Positions 40,884 to 50,751 of a DNA stretch of 64,000 bases are shown here, piece by piece. Both the position numbers and the translations under genes were made by a program. The stretch's first letter is position 1; each line of letters begins with the position of its first letter. Source of the DNA: a virus; the IMG/VR virus record IMGVR_UViG_3300026521_000466, positions 1 to 64,000 of that record; one strand, written 5' to 3'. The notes under the pieces were generated by a model that was not told where the DNA came from, made no database searches, and saw only the letters and a list, made by a program, of their open reading frames with translations.

Positions 40884-41947
40884 TTATGTACCATATTGGC
40901 CATTATACGGTTATCCCCTTTGACCTTTTTAAACAATATTTTTATAGTGCTGCCGATCATACTTACCATATCTTTGACATCAACATTATATCCAATCTCA
41001 TGTAACGCCTTCCATAATGCAGAGTCCTCTTCCTCTTTTTCAAGTTTAGCAAGTGCTTTTTCTACTTTGGCCATTGCATTCATCGAGTTTTCCATATCAC
41101 TGAGTATATCTTTCACAATAGCTGGGTGTTTTTTAACATACTCTTCCACACCTTTTATTACATTCTCTTTTGATACTTCTATATCAAGATTATATTCTAT
41201 CGGAGCTAAGGACACGATATTGTCTTTAGTGTCTCTAATTACCGCTATAAGAGATAACTTGGCTGTTCCTGATAGCGCGTTATCCTTCTCTGTAATGTTA
41301 GTTACATCAATCATAAGTAATGCTAATTCATAAGATACTTCAAGTTTCTTTTTGAAAAGAATCATTCTTTTTTCATCGGGAATGTATCGTTTAATAGCCT
41401 GTTTAAAATCCTCTGTTTTAGTTGCCCATGATAAGTCAGCGGTATCTTTAAGAGGCGTTTTCAATTTACCTTGCAGTAAAGATAGAAGCATATCAGAAAG
41501 CGCATCATCAAATCTAACGCCCATCTTGTTAAGTAGATAAAGTTCTATTTGTGTTTTTGGACGCTTTTTCACTTTTTCAATAATTGCTTCAGGAGTACAT
41601 TTGTTTAAGCTCTTTTTAATATCTTGTTTTTTCCAGAAAAAGATAGCTCTTTTTATGTACCCGAATACCCCAGTAAAGAATTTCTTTATACCATCCAGTA
41701 TTTTTGTAAATTTTCCACTTTCAAGATTTGCGACTGCAAGCACTGTATCTTTGTCTACCTGATAAGCAGACATAAGTCCACCTATCTCTTTCTCAACATT
41801 TGTCTCTTTAAAGCCGAATGTCTGTTTTGTTTTAAGGTCTAACTCTATAAACTTTGGAATGCTATGGTCTTCCAAATTGGCCTCTTCCATGGCCAATTCA
41901 TACCCTTCTAACATATTATCCATCTTATATCCTTTTATATTACTCAT
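40880..41947 (-). CDS. putative inner-head protein
   Basis: Acidic propeptide with ANLED and ANLES, then an amphipathic helix. Confidence 0.6.
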   Translation of the reverse strand: MSNIKGYKMDNMLEGYELAMEEANLEDHSIPKFIELDLKTKQTFGFKETNVEKEIGGLMSAYQVDKDTVLAVANLESGKFTKILDGIKKFFTGVFGYIKRAIFFWKKQDIKKSLNKCTPEAIIEKVKKRPKTQIELYLLNKMGVRFDDALSDMLLSLLQGKLKTPLKDTADLSWATKTEDFKQAIKRYIPDEKRMILFKKKLEVSYELALLMIDVTNITEKDNALSGTAKLSLIAVIRDTKDNIVSLAPIEYNLDIEVSKENVIKGVEEYVKKHPAIVKDILSDMENSMNAMAKVEKALAKLEKEEEDSALWKALHEIGYNVDVKDMVSMIGSTIKILFKKVKGDNRIMANMVHK

Positions 41948-41978
41948 TCATTAAAAATCTGTGGATGTCATTGCCTAT

Positions 41979-44399
41979 TTACACCTCTTCATCCATTTCA
42001 TCATTTTTGTTACCTGTTCCCTCACTAGGTTTTTCTCCAGGAGTACTGTTATCTTCGTTTTCCTCAGGCAATTCATACTCATCCAGTTCATCTAGTTTCT
42101 TATCTGTCTTTTTTACATCTTTGACAGTTTTCTTTTTATAGTTTATAAATGCCTCTTTAGCATTCTCTACAAAGAGTTTATAATCCTCTAATGGTGTACT
42201 GCTTACACCGTCTTCTGTTTTGGTAAACAGAGTAAATAGTTCAGGCATATAGTTGTTCTCAGCCATCCATTGTCTTAGTAGAGCTGCCTTCATGGCATCT
42301 TTGATATCTTCAAGTTTTTCACCTATTGAACCACTTAACTCTTCAGAGATAACATCCGAAGAAAGATGAAGATCGATAACTTTCTCAATATTATCAAGTC
42401 TTGCTTCAAACTGTTTATCCAGCGCATTGTCTTCAAAGTTTTCTATCTTAGGCAATGATATTTTAAATATCTTGATAAACTCATTGATTAGGTATTCCAT
42501 TATGGCGTCGTCATCGATATTATTGTCTTTAAAGAATTGAATTAAAGAATCATCAAGTCTTCCAAGCAACTGTTTGAATCTTTTTTCTAAGATGTCGATT
42601 ACTTTGTTTCGTAGTGTGAAATCATGCTTGATTATTATCTCTGAAAATTCTTTCAGTGCTTTATTGTATGGTTTTTGTTTACGAATATTGTCTCTCGCAA
42701 ACATTAAGTTTTGCGTGTTTATAGTTCCTGCAAAATCAGCATCACTCAATGCACTCTCTGCAATCTCCGGTGCAATCCCTATTTTCATATAGGTAGCTCG
42801 TCTAAGTTCTTCATCGATATCGCTGTCTGGTATTTTAATGTCCATATCCATGACACTTCCTTCGATATCAAAGGTAGGTACATCTTTATGAGTGATGTTT
42901 AAAACCACACCACTATTATGCAACCAATCAGTTACATCAGTTGAGCTAACTAAACCATTTGGCATAGTCATTGATCTGTTTCTATTAATAAAGTTTCTTG
43001 CCTTTGCAATTACTTTATCTATACCTTTAACATCGTCATCAATAGTAATGTCATATTTCTCAAGAGGCAGGACACTTCTTAGATTACCGAATACCCTAGC
43101 GTGTCTAAGTAGAGATCGCAGTGAACTGATACTTGCCAAATCCTCTAGTACTGTTTTACCTGTTCCGTTATCTCTATAGTTTGCAGCCACATACCACAAA
43201 TATTCTTTTGGAATGAATAGTATTTTTGTTTTCTGTTTCTTCAAAGCTCTATTCAGCATAACCAGATAAATACTGTTTAACATTTCTGTATCTACAAGTT
43301 CAGAGAGCTTATTTCCAACTACCATATTTTTCAATTTGTTATCGATGATTGTTGAGGCGATATCATCAAGTTCATTAATGCGGGGCTCTTTTTTTTCATT
43401 TTCTGCCGATTTCTCTTTAGCTTTCTCTATAATAGATCTAGTTAATACTAATGCGTTAGACAAATCATCATTTTCATCTTTTTTCATTCCGTTCATTCTT
43501 GTATAGCTACTACCACTGATAGGCATGTAGTTTTCATCCAAGGTGATCACATACCCTAAATGTTTTTTTGGATCATGTTTATACGATATTGGGGTTACGG
43601 CCTCTGCTGGGATTTGCATTCTAAACGGCCTGCCTTGTGATTTATTCACTTTGGTGGAAAGAGCAAATAGATTTTTTACAGTATCCGTATCAGTTACTCC
43701 ATCTTTAAAGACTGCGTCTAGTATTTTTTTACTCTTTGCCTTGGAAATAGTGTTACTTAGATCATCACCTTCCAAATTTGCATCTAGTGATAGTTCACCT
43801 AGCTTCATTACAGACGGGTCATTAATTGGAGTTATATAATCCCCTACATAATTAAAAAACTCTCGATCGTCGTTGTCTGTTTCTATTTGGTAGTTTTCAG
43901 CAGTTCTATTTATTACCGCACTTTCAAGGTTAGCTGAGCCAGTAGTAAACATTATTTGATCTATCATCTGTTCTGGTAATATTAATTCGCAATATGCTCC
44001 GTCTGTCACCATTGCTGTTTTGATAATATCATAAATTCTCTCTTCTATTTTATAATAGTTTAGAATATCATCTTTAAATGTTTTTAATAGCTCTGTTCTT
44101 GTTTCAGCGTCAAACAGATTTGTATTTTCTGTAGACATCGCTATAGTATCTGTTATTACATCAGTAGGCGCTGTCATACTACTAATAATAATATTAAGTA
44201 TAAACTCTAATTCAGGGAATGTTTCCAATATTTCTCTGCTTATACGTTTTTTATCTCTAGTGAATCTACCGACGATGTTATAATCTATTTTATCTAGGTC
44301 TATTCCATGAGAATTGTCATCTCCATCAGAGATTATTTTATTACTGATATAGTCATGTGTGCCATTCTCAGGCTTTTTTAACGTCTTATCCATTTTCAT
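41979..44399 (-). CDS. portal protein (phiKZ gp129-like)
   Basis: 806 aa; FPEL, IPAEAV.P...P.KHLGY, YRDNGTGKT.LE motifs; head-to-head with a gp128-like gene. Confidence 0.8.
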   Translation of the reverse strand: MKMDKTLKKPENGTHDYISNKIISDGDDNSHGIDLDKIDYNIVGRFTRDKKRISREILETFPELEFILNIIISSMTAPTDVITDTIAMSTENTNLFDAETRTELLKTFKDDILNYYKIEERIYDIIKTAMVTDGAYCELILPEQMIDQIMFTTGSANLESAVINRTAENYQIETDNDDREFFNYVGDYITPINDPSVMKLGELSLDANLEGDDLSNTISKAKSKKILDAVFKDGVTDTDTVKNLFALSTKVNKSQGRPFRMQIPAEAVTPISYKHDPKKHLGYVITLDENYMPISGSSYTRMNGMKKDENDDLSNALVLTRSIIEKAKEKSAENEKKEPRINELDDIASTIIDNKLKNMVVGNKLSELVDTEMLNSIYLVMLNRALKKQKTKILFIPKEYLWYVAANYRDNGTGKTVLEDLASISSLRSLLRHARVFGNLRSVLPLEKYDITIDDDVKGIDKVIAKARNFINRNRSMTMPNGLVSSTDVTDWLHNSGVVLNITHKDVPTFDIEGSVMDMDIKIPDSDIDEELRRATYMKIGIAPEIAESALSDADFAGTINTQNLMFARDNIRKQKPYNKALKEFSEIIIKHDFTLRNKVIDILEKRFKQLLGRLDDSLIQFFKDNNIDDDAIMEYLINEFIKIFKISLPKIENFEDNALDKQFEARLDNIEKVIDLHLSSDVISEELSGSIGEKLEDIKDAMKAALLRQWMAENNYMPELFTLFTKTEDGVSSTPLEDYKLFVENAKEAFINYKKKTVKDVKKTDKKLDELDEYELPEENEDNSTPGEKPSEGTGNKNDEMDEEV

Positions 44400-44419
44400 T
44401 ACCTTTAAGGAGTATAATT

Positions 44420-46390
44420 ATGTATTATATTACATCAAATAATAACGTCGGTCAGATATTTAATCTGGCAAATTCATTAATAATAAAATCTCATGTCATG
44501 GCCGTACACATGAATATTCAACTAGAGAGTAAGATGGGTGTCCAATATGACAGCAATGACTTAAGTACATGGCCATATTATAGAAATTTAGCGGGATTGC
44601 CACATAATGCCAATACAGAAATTGTTGTGAGTTCGATTGATACTGGCACTAATGTTGTTATGGATAATACTTTCAAAAATACACATCCTAAAACATACGC
44701 TAAGTTAATGACGTATGACGTATTCTACGACGCATTAATTAACAAGTATGTTGGTCAAGAGTTATATATAATAGGTATGTTAAACCCAACAGACATCGAT
44801 GTTATTATATCGTCTGAAGATGGGACAATACTGTATTATAATAGAGACTATGTGGAGTATAATGAGCAGTCCCTTATACCAACATTAGAAGTTAATATTA
44901 AAGGGTATATGGCGAGGTGGTTATTTGAAGAGTATATATTGACAGATAATTTATACCTCCCAGGTTTTTGGAAAACTATGGTTGGTTTTATTGTTAAAAA
45001 GATATACAATATACGCCATAGGAACATTATTACCTATGAAGTAAATGAGTATTATAAAACAGTCATTCTAAATTCACATATGAATTTAGGTTTGTTTGCT
45101 TCTGTACTTTCAAAAGATGTAAAGTTATGGCTTGTTAAAAACATTGAATATATTAATTATAATATTGGTAAACACGAGATACTTAAATTAATAGTTGATA
45201 AAATATTTAGGCCTTCTAATATATATGTCGATGAAATAGTGTTGGAAAGAGTAAGGACAGAAAACGTAGAGGGATTGCCAGAGACTGTTACTGATCAGGT
45301 CTATATACGTGATTTTGAAACTGATAAGTCTATAAAATATAATATAGATGATTTAGCATCCATGTATCACAAAGCATATCTTATGAATTCCGATATAGAT
45401 TTAAAAAACATAATTAATGTAGAGGATAAGAGGTTAAGCGAGATAAGAGATATTGAAACGAAAACCAAATATCTGATATTAACTAACCGGTATACAGATA
45501 TTATGTCTCTTATTTACAATGTTGAATTACTCTTTGGCATTATTGTAGTTTCACTGGATACAGATGAGTCTATAAGATTTACTCTAAAGTGTGGCAAAAC
45601 TATATACACTACAAAAAAAGAGTTACTACGCACATTCATCTATCTGCTGTTGAAGTATCATGGTGATTCTGATTTTCATATTGAGAATGTTATTATACAT
45701 AGTATAATTTCTAATACTGCATCTGAATATGGGATAAATTACACACCTATCAGCGATTACCTCAATGTAGTAAAGTCAAATATAGATACAATACTTCAAG
45801 AAGAGAGTGATTTTGTAAAGCAACAACATGAAATATATAAATACTTACAAACAGAGAGAAGTAACTTACCAGATGATTTTTTTAGATTTGAATTTGATAG
45901 GTTTGTACATAGTATAAGAGATGAAAGTATTATTAATATCGATGTGAATAATAACCTAAGTAATGATTTATTATCAACTGTTATTACATTTGAACAACTA
46001 TTTGAAGCTATATGTGAGATAATGAATATCAGTATTCCCGATAATGATCGAGCAGATATGTTCAAAAATATAATGGATAGATTAACATCGTATACAATTA
46101 ATGCGGTGGTAGCAAATAATACATCTGATGCATTTATACCAGATCATACAATGAAATTAGAAGGACCAACTATAGCTACTATAGATGGGGCTACATTAGA
46201 TTGTAGAGGAGCTGTCGCAGAGCCTACTCCTATGGCTGATACTAGGAAGGCAGTAATAAGAAGAGGCAATAACGATATATTGTTTATAGAAGATATGGAA
46301 GCCCCTATATTCTTTACAAGGGCAGTAAAGGGAAGTACTCGCATAGTAAAAGATAGAATGCTAATAGACATAATAGATGCAGGGGATTAA
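44420..46390 (+). CDS. virion structural protein (phiKZ gp128-like, putative baseplate)
   Basis: TWPYYRNLAG..H...V.SIDT motif; start moved to the ATG at 44420 (AAGGAG RBS). Confidence 0.7.
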   Translation: MYYITSNNNVGQIFNLANSLIIKSHVMAVHMNIQLESKMGVQYDSNDLSTWPYYRNLAGLPHNANTEIVVSSIDTGTNVVMDNTFKNTHPKTYAKLMTYDVFYDALINKYVGQELYIIGMLNPTDIDVIISSEDGTILYYNRDYVEYNEQSLIPTLEVNIKGYMARWLFEEYILTDNLYLPGFWKTMVGFIVKKIYNIRHRNIITYEVNEYYKTVILNSHMNLGLFASVLSKDVKLWLVKNIEYINYNIGKHEILKLIVDKIFRPSNIYVDEIVLERVRTENVEGLPETVTDQVYIRDFETDKSIKYNIDDLASMYHKAYLMNSDIDLKNIINVEDKRLSEIRDIETKTKYLILTNRYTDIMSLIYNVELLFGIIVVSLDTDESIRFTLKCGKTIYTTKKELLRTFIYLLLKYHGDSDFHIENVIIHSIISNTASEYGINYTPISDYLNVVKSNIDTILQEESDFVKQQHEIYKYLQTERSNLPDDFFRFEFDRFVHSIRDESIINIDVNNNLSNDLLSTVITFEQLFEAICEIMNISIPDNDRADMFKNIMDRLTSYTINAVVANNTSDAFIPDHTMKLEGPTIATIDGATLDCRGAVAEPTPMADTRKAVIRRGNNDILFIEDMEAPIFFTRAVKGSTRIVKDRMLIDIIDAGD

Positions 46391-46404
46391 ACCCCGGCAT
46401 CTAT
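46373..46404. terminator. hairpin spanning overlapping convergent stop codons
   Basis: ATAGATGC-A-GGGG-ATTAAA-CCCC-G-GCATCTAT. Confidence 0.65.
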
Positions 46405-47046
46405 ATGTATTGCTTTCATGTATGCTTTTAACGTTTTCCCTATTTGGGTTTTATCCATAAACGGTTTCAGTTCTTGTTGGTTGACTTTGCCTTTTTTCAT
46501 AAGCATTCCTTTGAATGCATTTGAAGCACTTACATCACCGCCTCTAATTCCGAGTAGTTCTTTTAGAGAAACATCCATACCAATAGATTTCAGTATTTGC
46601 GTCTCCATATTTGAAAGTTCCCCACTTTTGCTATCACCTGCCACTTGGCCGGTGATGGTATTTCTTACCTTAGTGTTTTTATGCACTGTAAAGTTCTTCA
46701 TAATGTGTTGAGCAGCTAATCTTACCGGGAGTTCCAATATCTGATATTTGATATCAGGGGTAAATACATTTTCACCATCAGTAATGGTTAGTTTTTGATA
46801 TATATCTATTTTTAACTCTTTCAGTATCTTTCTGTTTCTGTTGGCATCTAACTTTATTTTAGGATGACCTTCTGGAGCGATTATGGTTAATGTACTTTTA
46901 CCATCTTTAATATCTTGTCTAAGTTGTTCAAACTCTTTATTGGAGAGTCCTTTAAAGAACTCTTCATATATTTTTTTATTTTCTCCGCTCGGGTCTATCT
47001 TTTGTATATATTTAAGAATAAACGACTCTGCTTTTTTTCTATCCAT
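46387..47046 (-). CDS. virion RNA polymerase beta C-terminal subunit (phiKZ gp149-like)
   Basis: TGQVAGDSKSGELSNMETQIL...LKELLGIRGGD parallels the RpoB C-terminal GQRFGEME...LQE.LT.KSDD region. Confidence 0.82.
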   Translation of the reverse strand: MDRKKAESFILKYIQKIDPSGENKKIYEEFFKGLSNKEFEQLRQDIKDGKSTLTIIAPEGHPKIKLDANRNRKILKELKIDIYQKLTITDGENVFTPDIKYQILELPVRLAAQHIMKNFTVHKNTKVRNTITGQVAGDSKSGELSNMETQILKSIGMDVSLKELLGIRGGDVSASNAFKGMLMKKGKVNQQELKPFMDKTQIGKTLKAYMKAIHIDAGV

Positions 47047-47312
47047 TATAAGTCCTTTAGGATATCATCCACCTCTTTTTCTGCTAATGCTATGTCTCTG
47101 TCAGCTTCTGCTACGGCTTGTTCTGTCTCTTCATCAATGCGGTCATTCACTCGCTGTGAATTAAATGTGGCGACTACATTGGTTTTTATACCTATGTAGT
47201 CTGTAATGGTTGTGTGTTTAGGCTGTTCTTTATACATTGGTTGTTTTACACATGCGGTAAATAGAGAAACAGTAAAAACAGCTATTGTAGATTTTACACT
47301 ATTCATTCTCAT
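47046..47312 (-). CDS. putative lipoprotein
   Basis: Signal peptide with lipobox LFTA-C, acidic helical C-terminus. Confidence 0.6.
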   Translation of the reverse strand: MRMNSVKSTIAVFTVSLFTACVKQPMYKEQPKHTTITDYIGIKTNVVATFNSQRVNDRIDEETEQAVAEADRDIALAEKEVDDILKDL

Positions 47313-47321
47313 TAAGCACTC

Positions 47322-48032
47322 CTAGAAAATGAGTGGTATAAGTAATTCATCTGGAGACCCTGACTTAAGCGAACTTACTTTTTTTGTATCAATGCCTGTA
47401 GTAACAATCGTTACGTAGTTAATATCGTCTCCGAAACTCAGTGCATCTGAGATAACAGCCCACTCAATGATCTGTGAGTGTGTTGCATTTACATTCAGTG
47501 TGTCACTGATCATCATCTCGTAATTATATCCATTTCCTGCACTCAAGCCTCTGGAGATCATTGTTACTGTTGTAACTGGGTCATCTGTAGTGTCTGGTTC
47601 TGGTAAATCATATGCTGTAGATTCAGTGTTGCCATAGAGTGAGTCAGACACTCTTAATCCAAGTATATACCCTGTTACAGACACTCCATCTTCAAACATA
47701 TTTGGATCAGGGAGCATGAACAGTGCTTTATTTGTTTTATCGTAATAAATATATGCTTCTGCTTTTTTGATATATGATGCTACTACAGTAATGAATGTAA
47801 ATCTATCTGAATCATCTTCACCAACTACCGTTAATATTGGCACCACAATAGAATTTAATTTATTTTTATCGTAAAGTTCTTCGGATAGAGCGTAATCTCT
47901 ATCTGCGTTGTCATTTCTTTTCTGCGCACCAAATGATTTAGGTACGTGAACTAAGGGCATCCCTCCGTCTAAGTTTAATGTGACGTTGCTTGTCACATTG
48001 CCGTCAATGTCTACATTCAATATGAGTTCCAT
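47322..48032 (-). CDS. hypothetical acidic beta-rich protein
   Basis: 236-aa ORF, translationally coupled. Confidence 0.65.
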   Translation of the reverse strand: MELILNVDIDGNVTSNVTLNLDGGMPLVHVPKSFGAQKRNDNADRDYALSEELYDKNKLNSIVVPILTVVGEDDSDRFTFITVVASYIKKAEAYIYYDKTNKALFMLPDPNMFEDGVSVTGYILGLRVSDSLYGNTESTAYDLPEPDTTDDPVTTVTMISRGLSAGNGYNYEMMISDTLNVNATHSQIIEWAVISDALSFGDDINYVTIVTTGIDTKKVSSLKSGSPDELLIPLIF

Positions 48033-48340
48033 TAGAATCCTTTGCTTATAAGTATTTGAATAATCTCATCTAATCTCCGTTTAAACATATCTATTCCGAC
48101 ATCGTCCATTAGTAATAGAGATAATCTGCTATCAATAGTAGCATTATGGATATTCAGCAGGCAATGGAATGCATAAGTGATTGATACAATACCAACCTGT
48201 TCCTGTATGCTAAATATCATGTCCTCTTTTTTTATTATGTAATTAAGTCTGGTAGACTCTTTTTCATATTGCTTGTTGATAATAGTCTTGCTCTCCTCGC
48301 TAAGTGGAGAACAATCTATCAATGATAAAATCTCATCCAT
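48032..48340 (-). CDS. hypothetical protein
   Basis: 102 aa, coupled to uvsX. Confidence 0.6.
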   Translation of the reverse strand: MDEILSLIDCSPLSEESKTIINKQYEKESTRLNYIIKKEDMIFSIQEQVGIVSITYAFHCLLNIHNATIDSRLSLLLMDDVGIDMFKRRLDEIIQILISKGF

Positions 48341-48341
48341 G

Positions 48342-49781
48342 TCATTTTCCTCTCTTTCTATCTTTTAAAAATTCTTCTTGTTTCCAGTAAGGTGTATATT
48401 TACCATGGTACATATTGAACAGATCTATGACAGACAATACATTAGGTGTATCGTCATCATACATACGAATTGTGTAATCATTCTCTGTAGTGAGTATTTC
48501 ATCCCAATCATACCCTTTTGCAATCAATCCTTCATAAAGCTCTTTAGGCTCTACATAGAGTCCTGTTTTAACAACAAATGGGTGATACTGTTTAACTTGT
48601 AGTATGTCGTGTCCTATCTCCAATGCCCTGTGTAGTTTTTTGTTTTTAGCTACTAAGTCACGGACTGTATTTTTACTCATCTTTACACCTGGTAAAAAAA
48701 CACTTTCATGGAAACGATCATTTCCTTCCATAGAGAATTTACCCTCTTCTTTCAAATTTAAGTAGTAACTAAATCCTTCCAAGACACCTTCAGATTGTGA
48801 TACCGCAACATCAATCTTGCAACCTGTAGGACCTGTCTTGTTTCGTAGAGCTTCTAATGTTACCAAGTTCAGGTCAGTTTCTGATTTTGAACCGAATTCA
48901 CTTGCATATTCAGGCTCTTTATCTTTGTTCTTTAATACTTTCAGTCTCACTACTTTCCAAAGCACTTTTGTTAAGTAGTAGAATTCAGGACCTACTTTTT
49001 TTAACTCCTCATTTTCTTTTAATGCAGATAGTTTCTTCATAGGTTTGCTGTATTTATTTTCATCCATAGTGCTTCGCACGCCTATATGGGCAGTAGTAAA
49101 GAAATACATGTTGTATTTTTGTGCCAGTACAGTGATACGACTCAACGCTTTTGTTTTAAACCCTCCAGCTTTCATAAATATCATATTGGTGGAGCCGTCT
49201 TCGCCTTTAGCCTTATCCATCATCTCTTCTGTAACTAATGGTTCAAACTTACTATATGAATCTATTATAGACATTGTTGGCGGGTAGTGTTGGTATACTT
49301 TACCATTCTTTTGAAACATGGGATATTTTATCTTTGGACTCTTGGCGATCTCTTTAGTATAATCCGTTACTATTTTCCACCATTGATCTCCAGCCATCAT
49401 AGATTTATCTGTTAATGACACTATACCTTCATCCTCCTCATCTTCATCAATGAATGGTTGAGGTAAATGCGGATACTTTTCCGCCAGTGAATTCAGTCTG
49501 GGAACACTGACGTTGTTTTCACTATCATAGTAGATGCAGTATGGCATAGTTGATGTTGCTATGGTATCCATGGCTTTCATTGCCAAATGTTGTATGATTA
49601 CAGATTTAAACGAGTTTCCTGGACCAGTCACTGCTGTTAAGGTATTGACTCCGCCGTTTAGAATAGTTTCGTCATATGGTCCTTTTACCCATACTCCTGT
49701 AGGTATATCGAACCCTGTTGACACATTGATAGAATATACTTTCTTAGGTTTTTCCAAATTTAACTTAGGTCTTCCTGACAT
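48342..49781 (-). CDS. uvsX: UvsX/RecA-like recombinase (phiKZ gp152-like)
   Basis: FDIPTG, Walker A GPGNSFKS, YDSE, Walker B IIDS, RNKTGPTG. Confidence 0.85.
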   Translation of the reverse strand: MSGRPKLNLEKPKKVYSINVSTGFDIPTGVWVKGPYDETILNGGVNTLTAVTGPGNSFKSVIIQHLAMKAMDTIATSTMPYCIYYDSENNVSVPRLNSLAEKYPHLPQPFIDEDEEDEGIVSLTDKSMMAGDQWWKIVTDYTKEIAKSPKIKYPMFQKNGKVYQHYPPTMSIIDSYSKFEPLVTEEMMDKAKGEDGSTNMIFMKAGGFKTKALSRITVLAQKYNMYFFTTAHIGVRSTMDENKYSKPMKKLSALKENEELKKVGPEFYYLTKVLWKVVRLKVLKNKDKEPEYASEFGSKSETDLNLVTLEALRNKTGPTGCKIDVAVSQSEGVLEGFSYYLNLKEEGKFSMEGNDRFHESVFLPGVKMSKNTVRDLVAKNKKLHRALEIGHDILQVKQYHPFVVKTGLYVEPKELYEGLIAKGYDWDEILTTENDYTIRMYDDDTPNVLSVIDLFNMYHGKYTPYWKQEEFLKDRKRGK

Positions 49782-49888
49782 ATTACTTCCTTTTAATTGT
49801 TCTCATTATAAAAACATCATTGATAAATATTTGATTTTTTGTTACTCGTATATTGCGAATTATATACTCTTAAACATTTAAAATGTGG

Positions 49889-49918
49889 TAGTCTGTATGG
49901 CATATGCCATACAGACTA
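49889..49918. terminator. perfect 30-bp palindrome including the dUTPase stop
   Basis: TAGTCTGTATGGCAT|ATGCCATACAGACTA. Confidence 0.7.
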
Positions 49919-50665
49919 TACTACCATGTCATGATAAGTATCATGCAATGCATTATACATATTATCAAATGTCAACTCATCATGTAGTAACAAGTGTTCT
50001 TTAATTTCATTCATTACTACATTATCTTCTACTTCACCCCATTGTTTTACATATGTTCCATCTTGATATCCATTATTAAGCCTCAAGTAGTTCAATGCAT
50101 TCTTTGAAATGTATAACTCATATATTTCGTTCCATTCCATATTGAGGTATGACATCATCACCATTAATACAGACATACTATTTCGAGCTGCCTCAGCCTG
50201 ACTATGTTGTATTACTGCATTGTTAAGAGCTAGAATATGAAATATAAAATTATTTAGTAGCACCCGTACTTTAAAGATATCGAATTCTTTACCCTCTATC
50301 ACATACTCATCATTCTTAGTCTCACCATTGTACTTAAAGGTTACAACTATGTCATCAAACAAACCGGTCAGTGTTTCATGCTTGAAATCTCTTATTTTCA
50401 TAACATATATGATAAGAGAGATGACAAAGTGTAGTAGATCAATTAGTTCCACCTTAGCGTTTTCAAAATCATCACCGCTGTATTTCCAATGTTTCCAGTC
50501 AAAGCTATCTATGAATTCGGCTGCCTCTACAAGGATGGCAGTATCATATGCGATAGGTTTGCCTGTTTTACATATCCCTTTTAACCAATCTTCTCCGCAA
50601 GTTGCGGCATTCAGTTTACTCTGCACTTCAAACAACGAATAGAGCTGTTTCTTGTTTATTCTCAT
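49916..50665 (-). CDS. dut: dimeric all-alpha dUTPase (dUTPase_2, Campylobacter type)
   Basis: Q..LN, EAAEFIDSFDWKHWK, VELIDLLHF, KNALN.LR.NNGY.DGTY.K.W...EDN. Confidence 0.9.
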   Translation of the reverse strand: MRINKKQLYSLFEVQSKLNAATCGEDWLKGICKTGKPIAYDTAILVEAAEFIDSFDWKHWKYSGDDFENAKVELIDLLHFVISLIIYVMKIRDFKHETLTGLFDDIVVTFKYNGETKNDEYVIEGKEFDIFKVRVLLNNFIFHILALNNAVIQHSQAEAARNSMSVLMVMMSYLNMEWNEIYELYISKNALNYLRLNNGYQDGTYVKQWGEVEDNVVMNEIKEHLLLHDELTFDNMYNALHDTYHDMVV

Positions 50666-50751
50666 ATTGATCCTTTACTATTTGATTCTTTAAATTATAT
50701 CAGAATAAAAAAATAGACCTATTAACTGAACTAAATTTCAAAGGTTATGTT

